From NCBI GenBank assembly GCA_003697015.1, contig RFGL01000065.1, positions 1-63,358 on the forward strand: DNA of 63,358 nucleotides, given 5' to 3'. Below are positions 1 through 8,225 of the stretch, one piece after another; position 1 is the first letter of the stretch, and each line of letters begins with the position of its first letter. The notes beneath the pieces were generated by a model. The model did not search any database, was not told the origin of the DNA, and was given only the letters and a program-made list of their open reading frames with translations. Source of the DNA: Acidobacteriota bacterium (GTDB lineage Bacteria > Acidobacteriota > Thermoanaerobaculia > Multivoradales > J023). Both the position numbers and the translations under genes were made by a program.

Positions 1-1493
1 GAGTCGTCGTCCGAATTGTCGTGCAGGGTGATGGAGAAGGTGTTGGCGCCGAAGTTGAAGAATTCGGGCACGTCGACGAAGTTGACGGTAAAGGTCTCCG
101 CCGTCTCGTCGAAGAACACCGTGCCGCCGTTGTTCGGGCTGAGGTCGTCCCACAACCCGGCGATGCGCGGCGGGCCGCTGAGCATCTCGCCGGTCGACTC
201 GGTGAAGTCCGCGTCGCCGCTGCCGAAGGTCAGGCTGCCGTTCGAGTTGACGAAGACCGAGTCGAAGGGCTGGCCGGCGATGCAGAAGGTGAAGGGCATG
301 AAGAGCTCGATCGAATCGTCGTCCCCCAGGGGCAGGGGAGCGCCCGGAGCCGGGCGGTTGAAGACGACGTCGATGCCGCTCACCGTGGCGCCGGCGCTGC
401 AGGTCACCTTGACGAACTCGCTCGGATCGTCGGCCGCACCGTCGCTCGACTCGTTGGCGCCGTTCCAGAATTCCTCCGGCCCGGGAAGGGTGATCGGCGG
501 GGTCGAGAACCCGCCTTGGAGGATCTGGTCGGTGTGGATGGTGTACTCCCCCGGCGGCACGGTGATGTGGTACGCCCCGGCGACGCCGCGGTCGCCGGAA
601 ATCGACGAAGCGGCATCGACGAAGGGGTTGAGCATCTCCCGCGCGATGACGTTGACGCCGGTCAGGGGCGTGCCGTTGGCCGCCAGGATCGAGCCGGTGA
701 TGGTGCACAGGCCGGAGGCGGCCGCCGACGGGTAGAGGTTGGTCAGGGCGCCGACGTCGTCGGCATGGGGGGTCGCCTCGCCGCCGCCGATGATGGCGAA
801 GGGGTACATGGTCTCGACCTGGTCGAGGGGGGCGTTGCCGAAGGTGTTGAACGGCGAGGGACCGGAGGCGTCGCCGAAGGCGATGTTCTGGCCGTTGACC
901 ACCGTATGCGCGAGACCGCTGTAGTGGCCGAACTCGTGCACCATGACGCCGAAGAAATCGCTGACCGGGAAGCCGCCGAGGATCGAGCCGCCGTTGAGAA
1001 ACGACACGCCCTCGATCGGTACCCCGTTGGCGTCGCGGGTGTCGGGGCTGGCGAAGCCCAGCACGCCGGTGCCGGCGCCGAAGAGGAGGGTGAAGATGGC
1101 GCCGTCCTCGTCGAAGACGATCGGGCTCTGGCCGTCGGCGACGTTGGTGCCGAAGAAGAGATTGGAGATGAAGGGGCAGAAGTTGGTCTCGTCGACGTCG
1201 GTGGGCACGCCGCCGATCAGGATCGGCCCGTTGTTGGAGTAGGTGGCGGTCGAGGTGGGGATGTCCGCCCAGGTCTGATAGGCGTCGTCCACCAGCGCGA
1301 CGGCGGTGGCGTTGTCGAGCGGCCCCAGGCCGCCGAGGTCAGGCTGGTACGGAATGCCGAGGCCGCCGTTGCCCCAACGCTCCTGGTTGTCCGGCTCGTT
1401 GGGGTTCAGATTGAGCGGGCCGCCGGCGAAGGCGGGGGCGGCGAGCAGCAGGATCGCGGCCACGGCGAGGAGCTTGATCGTCGTTTTCATCAT
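1..1493 (-). CDS. Secreted metzincin-type zinc metalloprotease with NIDO-like module (paralog of 2476..5100); C-terminal end cut by the window edge
   Basis: Absent from the ORF track because it runs off the left edge. My reverse-strand translation from ATG 1493/1490 gives MMKTTIKLLAVAAILLLAAPAFAGGPLNLNPNEPDNQERW (signal peptide). It also gives VHEFGHYSGLAH (HExxHxxGxxH) around 920-960 and FVNSNGSLTFGSGDADF...PRIAGLWDDLSPNNGG around 60-330. It is collinear with the 874-aa paralog. Confidence 0.8.
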   Translation of the reverse strand, partial: MMKTTIKLLAVAAILLLAAPAFAGGPLNLNPNEPDNQERWGNGGLGIPYQPDLGGLGPLDNATAVALVDDAYQTWADIPTSTATYSNNGPILIGGVPTDVDETNFCPFISNLFFGTNVADGQSPIVFDEDGAIFTLLFGAGTGVLGFASPDTRDANGVPIEGVSFLNGGSILGGFPVSDFFGVMVHEFGHYSGLAHTVVNGQNIAFGDASGPSPFNTFGNAPLDQVETMYPFAIIGGGEATPHADDVGALTNLYPSAAASGLCTITGSILAANGTPLTGVNVIAREMLNPFVDAASSISGDRGVAGAYHITVPPGEYTIHTDQILQGGFSTPPITLPGPEEFWNGANESSDGAADDPSEFVKVTCSAGATVSGIDVVFNRPAPGAPLPLGDDDSIELFMPFTFCIAGQPFDSVFVNSNGSLTFGSGDADFTESTGEMLSGPPRIAGLWDDLSPNNGGTVFFDETAETFTVNFVDVPEFFNFGANTFSITLHDNSDDD

Positions 1494-1496
1494 GGC

Positions 1497-2084
1497 TTAC
1501 GCCCCCCCGCCGATCAGGCTGTGGATGAGGTCGGCGAGGGTCGAATACGACACCGGCCCCGAGCTCGGCATGCCGGCGGCGCTCATGCCGTCGAAGAGGC
1601 CGGCGTTGCCGATGGCGTTGACCGCGGTCTCCTCCCCCGGCTTGCCGCTGATGGTGAAGCAGCCCTGTCCCAGGCCCATGGTGGCGGTGAGGCCGACCGG
1701 ACCGGCGGGGGCGACCAGCAGCAGGTAGTCGCCGCCGATCTCGAGGGTCGGCAGACCGGGGATCGGATGCTGGCCGCTCTGGTGCTGCTTGAGAGTGCCG
1801 ACGACGGTGAAGCGGGCGACGGTCACGCCCTTGACGGTCTCGAAGTCGCCCGCGAAGGCTTCCTTGACCTCGGCGACGTAGGTCACCGCCGGCAGGGTGC
1901 CGCCGCCGACCTCGATCGTCGTCTCGTACATGTCGACGATGGTGCCGCGGAAGATCTGGTGCGCCCCGGCACACATGGTCTCCAGATTCATCTGGAGCAC
2001 GCTGGTAGCCCCGGCGCCGGCAGCGCACAAGAGCGCCACGGCGAGCAACGAAACCAGGACTTTTCGAAAGACAAAGGTACCCAT
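1497..2084 (-). CDS. Secreted ~195-aa protein of unknown function, conserved partner of the metalloprotease
   Basis: 195-aa ORF with signal peptide MGTFVFRKVLVSLLAVALLCAAGAGA. About 60% identical by hand alignment to the 5102..5686 product (shared VLQMNLE, QIFRGT, VVGTLKQH, APAGPVGLTATMGLGQGCFT, GKPGEETAVN, SGPVSY). GAGGAG lies 8 nt upstream of the ATG, and the TAA stop lies 3 nt before the protease ATG. Confidence 0.8.
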   Translation of the reverse strand: MGTFVFRKVLVSLLAVALLCAAGAGATSVLQMNLETMCAGAHQIFRGTIVDMYETTIEVGGGTLPAVTYVAEVKEAFAGDFETVKGVTVARFTVVGTLKQHQSGQHPIPGLPTLEIGGDYLLLVAPAGPVGLTATMGLGQGCFTISGKPGEETAVNAIGNAGLFDGMSAAGMPSSGPVSYSTLADLIHSLIGGGA

Positions 2085-2273
2085 GTTCCAAGCTCCTCAT
2101 GAAGAGGTTGCAAACGGAGGCAGGCTCCGGCATGACCGATCCGCAGAAGGATCGGCCGCCGCGCCTGCGACGAAGATCAGGCAATCAGAGGAAGAAATCC
2201 CCGACGAAAGCTCAAGCAGACCAAGAGCGAGCTCACGCCTCGAGCCGGCCTTTACGATCCTGACTTGGCCGCG

Positions 2274-2302
2274 ACTATAGCGCCCGTCCAGCGACTTGGC
2301 AA
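2274..2302 (-). promoter_or_regulatory. Putative sigma70-type promoter for the 2084<-1 gene pair (TTGCCA-17 nt-TATAGT)
   Basis: On the minus strand, TTGCCA (2302..2297), a 17-nt spacer, then TATAGT (2279..2274), about 190 nt upstream of the ATG at 2084. AT-rich hexamers are rare in this GC-rich DNA. Confidence 0.35.
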
Positions 2303-2383
2303 GAAGCTTGGCAAGATTCTCATAAGCTGATGAATGAGCCGGCGGTTCATCGGGATCCGCGATCGGAAATCTCTGACAGGAGC

Positions 2384-2419
2384 AAAAATCTTCGGTCGGC
2401 GAAAAATCTTCAATCGACG
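2384..2419. repeat. Two tandem 18-nt A/T-tract repeats (AAAAATCTTCGGTCGGCG / AAAAATCTTCAATCGACG)
   Basis: Read directly from the sequence. The two units differ at 4 of 18 positions and are followed by a third A5 run at 2420..2424 that is the U-tract of the adjacent terminator. Confidence 0.7.
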
Positions 2420-2450
2420 AAAAAGGGCGGTGAGCCGAAGCCCACCGCCC
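2420..2450 (-). terminator. Rho-independent terminator downstream of the 2476..5100 protease gene
   Basis: Minus-strand RNA reads GGGCGGUGGGC-UUCG-GCUCACCGCCC followed by UUUUU: an 11-bp stem including one G-U pair, with a UUCG tetraloop. It starts 26 nt after the stop codon at 2476. Confidence 0.8.
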
Positions 2451-2475
2451 GGAGACAGCGCCTGTCTTCGCCGCG

Positions 2476-5100
2476 TCAGTCGAATTCCACCGTCAGGAAA
2501 TCGAGGTCGAAGGGATCGGCGAGACCGGTGAACTGCTCGTAGGTCACGCCGGTGGCGGAAAACGGCCCGCCGCTCGACAGGTCGCTCTCCCCCGGATCGG
2601 ACGCACCGCCGCCGGGGGAAACGCCGGCGATGCCGTCGTTGGCGGTGACGCTGCCGTAGGCCACGTCGATGCTGCCGTCGGCGCAGGTCAGGGTGACGGT
2701 GAAGTTGTTGGCACCGGTGGAGAAGAACTCCGGCACGTCGACGAAGGCGACGCTGAACGAGCCGCTGGCGCGGCTGGCGATGACCTGGCCGCCGTTGTTG
2801 GGCGACAGATCGTCCCACAGGGCGGCGATGCGCGGCTGGTCGTTGAGCAGCTCGCTGACCGACTCGCTGAAGTCGGCGTCGCCGCTGCCGAAGGTCAGGT
2901 TGCCGTTCGAGTTGACGAACACCGAGGTGTAATTCGTCCCCTGGAACGGGAAGGTGCAGCCGAGATCCACCTCCTCGAAGTCGTCGTCGCCGAGGTCGAG
3001 GAGGATGCCGTCGATCAGCATCACGTCGAGCACGTAGCGGCCGCTGCTGCCGCCGTCGCCGTCGAAGTCGAAGTCCGGGAAGGTGGAGACGGCGATGAAG
3101 TAGGTGCCGTCGGCCGGGATCTCGAAGAGGAGGAAGGAGAGCAGGCCGGTGCCGCCGTCGTCGTCGATCGCCAGCAGATTGCCGGCGGCGTCGAAGACGC
3201 CGATCAGGGAGTCGAGACAGCCGTTGGTGATCTCGACCTTCAGGGTCTGGCCCGCCGCGGCGTCGACCGCGAAGTAGTCGACGTCGCCCCCCTGGGGCGA
3301 GATGGTGGTCAGCACCGAGGCGCTGTTGAAGGGGGTCGGGATCGGCGTCGCGCTGCCGGGGGAGTCGTTGGGCTCGAACGGATCGACGAAGGGTTTGTCG
3401 AGGTTGACCCACTGGATGCTGGCGCCGGCGACGTCGTTCTCGCCGAAAGCGAAGAGCTCGTAGGCCGCCGTCAGGCCGTTCATGTTGTGGCTGGTCAGAT
3501 TGGGCTGGGTGCGGACGTCGATCTCCGGCTCGCTGCCCGAAGCCACCTCACAGCCACAGGTGACGCCGACCAGACCGTCCGGCGCCGAGACGGCGCCGTA
3601 GTCGACGATCACGTGATCGGACGCACGGGTGAGGGTGACGTCGAAGCTGTTGGCGCCGGTGTTGAAGAACTCCGGCACGTCCTCGAAGCTGACGGTGAAG
3701 GCGTTCTTGCTCGCGGCGAAGGACACCCGGCCGCCGTTGTTGGGCGACAGGTCGTCCCACAGAGCGGCGATGCGCGGCGGGCCGCCGAGGAACTCGCCGG
3801 CCGACTCGGTGAAGTCGGCGTCGCCCTCGCCGAAGGTCAGGCTGCCGTTCGAATTGACGAAGACCGAATTGAAGGTCAGACCGCAGATGGTGAAGGGAAA
3901 GGGCAGCGGCACCTCGATGAAATCGTCGTCGCCCAGGGGCAGGTCCCCCGGCGCGAGGCCGTTCATGAAGATGTCGGCGGTCGAGGTCTGACCGGCGGCG
4001 ACCGTGATCTTGACGAAGGCGGCGGGGTCGTCGACCGTCGGATCGGTCGACTCGCCGGCGCCGTTCCAGAACTCCTCCGGGCTCGGCGCAAGGGTGGTCG
4101 GCGGGGTCGAGAAGCCGCCCTGAAGGATCTGGTCGGTGTGGATGGTGTACTCGCCGGGCGGCACGTTGATGGTGAAGACCCCGGGCACCCCGCGGTCGCC
4201 GGAGATCGACGAGGCGGCGTCGACGAAGGGCGAGCTCATCTCCCGCGCGATGACGTTGACGCCGGTGCGCGGCGTGACGCCGTCGGGACCGAAGACGGTA
4301 CCGGTGATGGTGCCGAGGGTGGTCGCCGCCGACGCCGCCGGATAGAGGTCGGAGAGGATGTTGACCTCGTCGGCGTGGAGCGTCGCTTCGCCGCCGCCGA
4401 TGATGGCGAAGGGATACATGGTCTCGACCTGATCGGCAGGCGCGTTGCCGAAGGTGTTGTTGGGGCTCGGCCCGGAGGCATCGCCGAGGGCGATGTTCTG
4501 GCCGTTGGTGACGGTGTGGGCGAGGCCGGTGTAGTGGCCGATCTCATGCACCACGACGCCGAAGAAGTCGGCCTCCGGGAAGCCGCCGACCACCGAGCCG
4601 CCGTTCAGGAAACACACCGCCTCGATCGGCACGCCGTTGGCGTCGCGGGTATCCGGGCTGGCGAAGCCGAGGACGCCGCTGACGCCGAAGAGGGCGAGGA
4701 AGATCGAACCGTCGGGATCGAAGACGATCGGGCTCAATCCGTCGGCGACGTTGGAGCCGAAGAAGAGGTTCTGGATGAAGGGGTTGAAGTTGGTGGCGTC
4801 GACGTCGAAGGGCATCGGGCCGCTGGTGGCGTAGGCGTTGGTCGCGGTGGCGACGCTCTCCCACTCGGCGAAGGCGGCGAGCAGCTGGGCTACGCCGTCG
4901 GCATTGCTGCGGTTGAGCGGCGCGCCGATGTAGTCCCCAAGGTCGATGTTGAAGGGGATGCCGACGCCGCCGTTGGGCCAGCGCTCCATGTTGTCGCTTT
5001 CGTTGGGGTTCAGGTTGAGCGGCCCGCCGGCGAAGGCGGGAACGGCGATCAGAAGGATCGCGGCCAGGGCGGAGACGAGGGTGGTGGCATGCTTCGTCAT
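2476..5100 (-). CDS. Secreted metzincin-type (M10-like) zinc metalloprotease with two NIDO-like modules flanking a PPC-like module
   Basis: 874-aa ORF with signal peptide MTKHATTLVSALAAILLIAVPAFA. Carries HEIGHYTGLAH (HExxHxxGxxH) and a Met-turn-like ETMYPF. There are two copies of a ~150-aa module (VFVNSNGxLTFGxGDADFxES...PRIAALWDDLSPNNGG). Between them lies EPNDSPGSA...GDVDYFAV...AIDDDGG, which resembles a bacterial pre-peptidase C-terminal domain. Confidence 0.85.
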   Translation of the reverse strand: MTKHATTLVSALAAILLIAVPAFAGGPLNLNPNESDNMERWPNGGVGIPFNIDLGDYIGAPLNRSNADGVAQLLAAFAEWESVATATNAYATSGPMPFDVDATNFNPFIQNLFFGSNVADGLSPIVFDPDGSIFLALFGVSGVLGFASPDTRDANGVPIEAVCFLNGGSVVGGFPEADFFGVVVHEIGHYTGLAHTVTNGQNIALGDASGPSPNNTFGNAPADQVETMYPFAIIGGGEATLHADEVNILSDLYPAASAATTLGTITGTVFGPDGVTPRTGVNVIAREMSSPFVDAASSISGDRGVPGVFTINVPPGEYTIHTDQILQGGFSTPPTTLAPSPEEFWNGAGESTDPTVDDPAAFVKITVAAGQTSTADIFMNGLAPGDLPLGDDDFIEVPLPFPFTICGLTFNSVFVNSNGSLTFGEGDADFTESAGEFLGGPPRIAALWDDLSPNNGGRVSFAASKNAFTVSFEDVPEFFNTGANSFDVTLTRASDHVIVDYGAVSAPDGLVGVTCGCEVASGSEPEIDVRTQPNLTSHNMNGLTAAYELFAFGENDVAGASIQWVNLDKPFVDPFEPNDSPGSATPIPTPFNSASVLTTISPQGGDVDYFAVDAAAGQTLKVEITNGCLDSLIGVFDAAGNLLAIDDDGGTGLLSFLLFEIPADGTYFIAVSTFPDFDFDGDGGSSGRYVLDVMLIDGILLDLGDDDFEEVDLGCTFPFQGTNYTSVFVNSNGNLTFGSGDADFSESVSELLNDQPRIAALWDDLSPNNGGQVIASRASGSFSVAFVDVPEFFSTGANNFTVTLTCADGSIDVAYGSVTANDGIAGVSPGGGASDPGESDLSSGGPFSATGVTYEQFTGLADPFDLDFLTVEFD

Positions 5101-5101
5101 G

Positions 5102-5686
5102 TTACTGCCCCCCTCCGACGATGCCCTGGATCATGGAGGCGAGGGCGGCGTAGGACACCGGGCCGCTCGCCGGCATGCCCGGCACCGTCATGCCGGCGAA
5201 CAGGCCGTTGTTGTTGAAGCCGTTGACCGCCGTCTCCTCGCCGGGCTTGCCGGCGAGGGTGAAGCAGCCCTGGCCGAGGCCCATGGTGGCGGTGAGGCCG
5301 ACCGGGCCGGCCGGCGCCACCATCAGGAGGTACTCGCGCCCCTCCTGCAGCAGCGGGAAGCCGGCGATCGGCGGCCGGCCGGCGGCATGCTGCTTCAGGG
5401 TGCCGACCACCAGGATCTCGGCGATCGGAACGCCCTTGACGGTCTGAAACTGCCCTTTGAGCGCCTCGTCGACGCGCACCGTGTACCGCAGCGCCGGAAT
5501 CTCACCGCCGCCGGCGGTGACGCGGGTTTCGTCGATGCGCAGCACGGTGCCGCGAAAGATCTGCGCGGCACCGTCGCAAAGCCCTTCCAAGTTCATCTGC
5601 AGCACGGTCGTCGCACCGGCCGGCAATGCGGCGATCAGCACGACGGCGAGCACGGCGGCCCAGGCTCGGAAATGAAAACGTCGCAT
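5102..5686 (-). CDS. Secreted ~194-aa protein of unknown function, partner of the metalloprotease (paralog of 1497..2084)
   Basis: The track ORF 5102..5908 is trimmed to ATG 5686 (MRRFHFRAWAAVLAVVLIAALPAGA). That is where homology to the paralog begins, and AAGGAGGG lies 7 nt upstream. The TAA stop is 1 nt before the protease ATG at 5100. Confidence 0.8.
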   Translation of the reverse strand: MRRFHFRAWAAVLAVVLIAALPAGATTVLQMNLEGLCDGAAQIFRGTVLRIDETRVTAGGGEIPALRYTVRVDEALKGQFQTVKGVPIAEILVVGTLKQHAAGRPPIAGFPLLQEGREYLLMVAPAGPVGLTATMGLGQGCFTLAGKPGEETAVNGFNNNGLFAGMTVPGMPASGPVSYAALASMIQGIVGGGQ

Positions 5687-6146
5687 GGTGACCCTCCTTG
5701 GTCCGGTTCCCCCACGGACGCGGGCCGCCGGCCGCACGTCGGCCGTTCTGGATTGTGCCCGCGCCGCGACGGCACGCCGGGCCGTAGCCGGCACGGCCTG
5801 CCGCGTGGGCGGCGATCCCATCGGAGATGCCAGGTGGCTCGGAGGGCCGATGTGGGTAGGGGCGACGGCGACGGCGGAGCGGAGCGCGGGCTCCGTTCCC
5901 CCCGTCACCTCGGACCGTGGTCTAGACGGACGGAAAAGAAGGTCGGCCGTGCCTGAAAGGCGGGGCGAAAATCATCTCCCCCCGGGCCTCGCCGCCAGGC
6001 TGTGCCGCTCGTTTTGATCGGTCGTCGTGTCGGGTCCAAGCTCCTCGGGAGCTCGAGCATGTGCTCGCTGGTACTGTCCTGTCTTGAACGATACCCGGGC
6101 TCCCTCTCTCGCCGGTTTGCACCTGTCGGGAATCACGTCTAAGCCG

Positions 6147-6175
6147 ACTATACGCCAATGCCGATATCGCTGCAA
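6147..6175 (-). promoter_or_regulatory. Possible sigma70-type promoter (TTGCAG-17 nt-TATAGT) upstream of the 5686<-2476 gene pair
   Basis: Minus strand: TTGCAG (6175..6170), a 17-nt spacer, then TATAGT (6152..6147). It has the same -10 hexamer plus flanking CG as the 2274..2302 element. It would imply a ~455-nt leader, so confidence is low. Confidence 0.25.
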
Positions 6176-6315
6176 GTGCATGGGGCCGGGGGGCCGGGGC
6201 GCCGGCTCGGCGCCGATCGCGGGCGCTTGCGGACGACCCGGCCCGGCCTGGGCGCGGCTCGCGCCGCCACCGCAGCCGCGGGCGGCGGGCATGCGCTAGG
6301 ATCGACGGCGGGACG

Positions 6316-7404
6316 ATGGCACGGACCACGACAACCGCGCGGACGAGCACCGGACTGCGGGCCCTCGCCGGCAGCGGCGTGCTGCTGGCGCTCTGGCTCC
6401 TGCTCGTCGCCCCGGCCGGGGCCCAGGAGGGGGGGGAGGAGCGCTTCGGCGGCGAGATCACGGTCACCGAGGTGCTGCTCGACGTGGTGGTCACGGGCCG
6501 CGACGGCGAGCCGGTGCCCGGCCTGACGGCGGACGACTTCCTGGTGCTCGAGGACGGCGTGGCGGTGGAGATCACCGGCCTCACCTTCAACAGCTACCGG
6601 CGTTACCGGGACGGCGACCGGCCGGCGGCGGTCTACGAGCCCGGGATCGACGCCCTGGCGGTGCCCCAGCCGCGCTACTTCGTGCTCTTCTTCCACGACC
6701 TGATGCGGCCCGACTACGTCACCCTCGGGCTCACCGCCCAGCAGTCGATCGCCACCCAGATCTGCCGCGACTGGCTGCGCCGGGACCTGGCGCCGGGGGA
6801 CTACGTGGCGGTGGCGAGCTTCGATTCGCGGCTCAAGATCCAGCAGGATTTCACCCGCGACCTGGTCGCCCTCGACCAGGCTCTGCGCGACGTCATGATG
6901 CGCCGCGACCCCGAGCGGCGGCGGCCGCGGGCACGGCAGGCGAAGGCGCCGGCGGCGATTCTCGACGCGCTGCCCGCGGGCCGCGAGCTGCGCGATCGCA
7001 CGCCGAGCGTCGGCGCCGCCTTGATCCTCCTCGCCGGCGCCCTCGGTCGCATCGACTCCCGCAAGAGCCTGCTCTACCACGGCGTCGGCATCGGTCTCGG
7101 GCCGGCGGTGGCGGATGCCCTGGCGCGCGGCAACGTCGACGTCTACGCCCTCGACGTCACGCCGCTCCACGCCGAGCACCTGCAACAGGTAAGCCTCCGT
7201 ACCCTGGCGCGCGATACCGACGGCTTCTTCTACCGCGGCGTCTTCCCCAACGCCCTGCGCGACGTCCAACGGCGCGCCAGCGACTACTACCAGATCAGCT
7301 ACCGGCGCGATCCCCAGGCGCCGCCGGCGGTGGGCGAGATCGAGGTCCAGGTGCGGGATCCGCGTCTCGAGGTGCGCTACAGCCGGCGCTACAGGGCGCG
7401 ATAA
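6316..7404 (+). CDS. VWA domain-containing secreted protein (resembles the Acidobacteria-type VWFA-related family, TIGR03436)
   Basis: 362-aa ORF with a signal-like N-terminus (LLALWLLLVAPAGAQE). Continues FGGEITVTEVLLDVVVTGRDGEPVPGLTADDFLVLEDG...YFVLFFHDL...VAVASFDSRLKIQQDFT, the pattern I associate with that family. Confidence 0.65.
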   Translation: MARTTTTARTSTGLRALAGSGVLLALWLLLVAPAGAQEGGEERFGGEITVTEVLLDVVVTGRDGEPVPGLTADDFLVLEDGVAVEITGLTFNSYRRYRDGDRPAAVYEPGIDALAVPQPRYFVLFFHDLMRPDYVTLGLTAQQSIATQICRDWLRRDLAPGDYVAVASFDSRLKIQQDFTRDLVALDQALRDVMMRRDPERRRPRARQAKAPAAILDALPAGRELRDRTPSVGAALILLAGALGRIDSRKSLLYHGVGIGLGPAVADALARGNVDVYALDVTPLHAEHLQQVSLRTLARDTDGFFYRGVFPNALRDVQRRASDYYQISYRRDPQAPPAVGEIEVQVRDPRLEVRYSRRYRAR

Positions 7405-8225
7405 CCGCGGCGGTAATCGGGATAGGCGAAGCGGTAGCCGCTGGCCCGCAGAAGCCGGTTGGAGCAGCGCTTGCCGCCGCCGCGGCGCCGATCTTCGGCC
7501 GCCGCCCAGTCGAGGGCCGGCGGCCGCGGCCAGCCGCGCTGATCGCAGATCCAGTCGACCACCTCGGCCAGCGGCGCCGGCCGGTCGTCGACCGCGAGGT
7601 AGAGCGGCGCCGGCCGCTCGACGGCCAGCAGGTGAGCGAGGACGCCGGCGCAGTCGTCGCGATGGATGCGATTGGTCCACAGGGGCGGCCGGCGCTGCAC
7701 CGGCTCGCCGGCGTGGGCGCGACGGATCAACCGGCTGCGGCCGGGGCCGTAGATGCCGCCGAAGCGGACCACCACCCCCGGCCACGGCGCCGCCCGCACC
7801 CGTTCCTCCCCCGCCCGCAGGTGGCGGGCGTTCCAGCCCTCGGCCTCGGCCGGCGAGGTCTCGTCCACCCAAGAGCCGTCGCGCTGATCGTAGACCGAGG
7901 TCGAGGAGGTGAAGATCAACCGCCGGAGCGTCTGGCCGGCGGCCTCGAGAGCGGCGATCAGGTGGCCCAGGCCGGCGTCGTAGATCGCCCGGTAGGCGTC
8001 CTCGGTCCGGCGCGCCGGCGCGGCGGCGTAGACCACCTGATCGAGCCCCGCGGGCAAGGCCCGCAGGCTCTCCGGCTCCCCGAGGTCGGCGACCAGGGGC
8101 CTGATCGACGGCGGCAGGGCCGCCGCCGAGCGGCGCAGGCCCCAGACCTCGTGGCCGGCGGCGGCGAGACGCTCGCCGAGAGCGCAGCCGACGTCGCCGC
8201 AGCCGGCGATCAGGATCCTTGCCAG
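7389..8225 (-). CDS. NAD(P)-dependent SDR-family oxidoreductase/epimerase; start codon uncertain (candidate CTG at 8225)
   Basis: Rossmann N-terminus (A)RILIAGCGDVGCALGERLAAAGHEVWGLRR followed by an SDR-like body. The upstream part of track ORF 7389..8876 overlaps the DUF2911-like gene in another frame and is R/G/P-rich. No ATG/GTG/TTG precedes the Rossmann motif. Confidence 0.75.
   Translation of the reverse strand: MARILIAGCGDVGCALGERLAAAGHEVWGLRRSAAALPPSIRPLVADLGEPESLRALPAGLDQVVYAAAPARRTEDAYRAIYDAGLGHLIAALEAAGQTLRRLIFTSSTSVYDQRDGSWVDETSPAEAEGWNARHLRAGEERVRAAPWPGVVVRFGGIYGPGRSRLIRRAHAGEPVQRRPPLWTNRIHRDDCAGVLAHLLAVERPAPLYLAVDDRPAPLAEVVDWICDQRGWPRPPALDWAAAEDRRRGGGKRCSNRLLRASGYRFAYPDYRRGYRAL

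Noticed and set aside
21-2102. 693-aa ORF on the plus strand, and similar ORFs at 16..735 and 1339..2184
   Set aside because: Antisense or alternate-frame shadow of the protease and partner genes. The product is extremely R/G/A/D/V-rich with no motifs, while the minus-strand frames give signal peptides, a zinc site and paralogy.
5687-5908. N-terminal 74-codon extension of the 5102..5908 ORF
   Set aside because: There is no similarity to the paralog before MRRFHF. A strong AAGGAGGG RBS precedes the internal ATG at 5686, and the extension is P/R/A-rich.
6035-6046. 12-nt identity (TCCAAGCTCCTC) with the RBS region of the first partner gene (2087..2098), as a possible relic of the duplication
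   Set aside because: The similarity does not extend beyond 12 nt by eye and no start codon follows at a sensible distance. It is too short to interpret without a proper alignment of the two intergenic regions.
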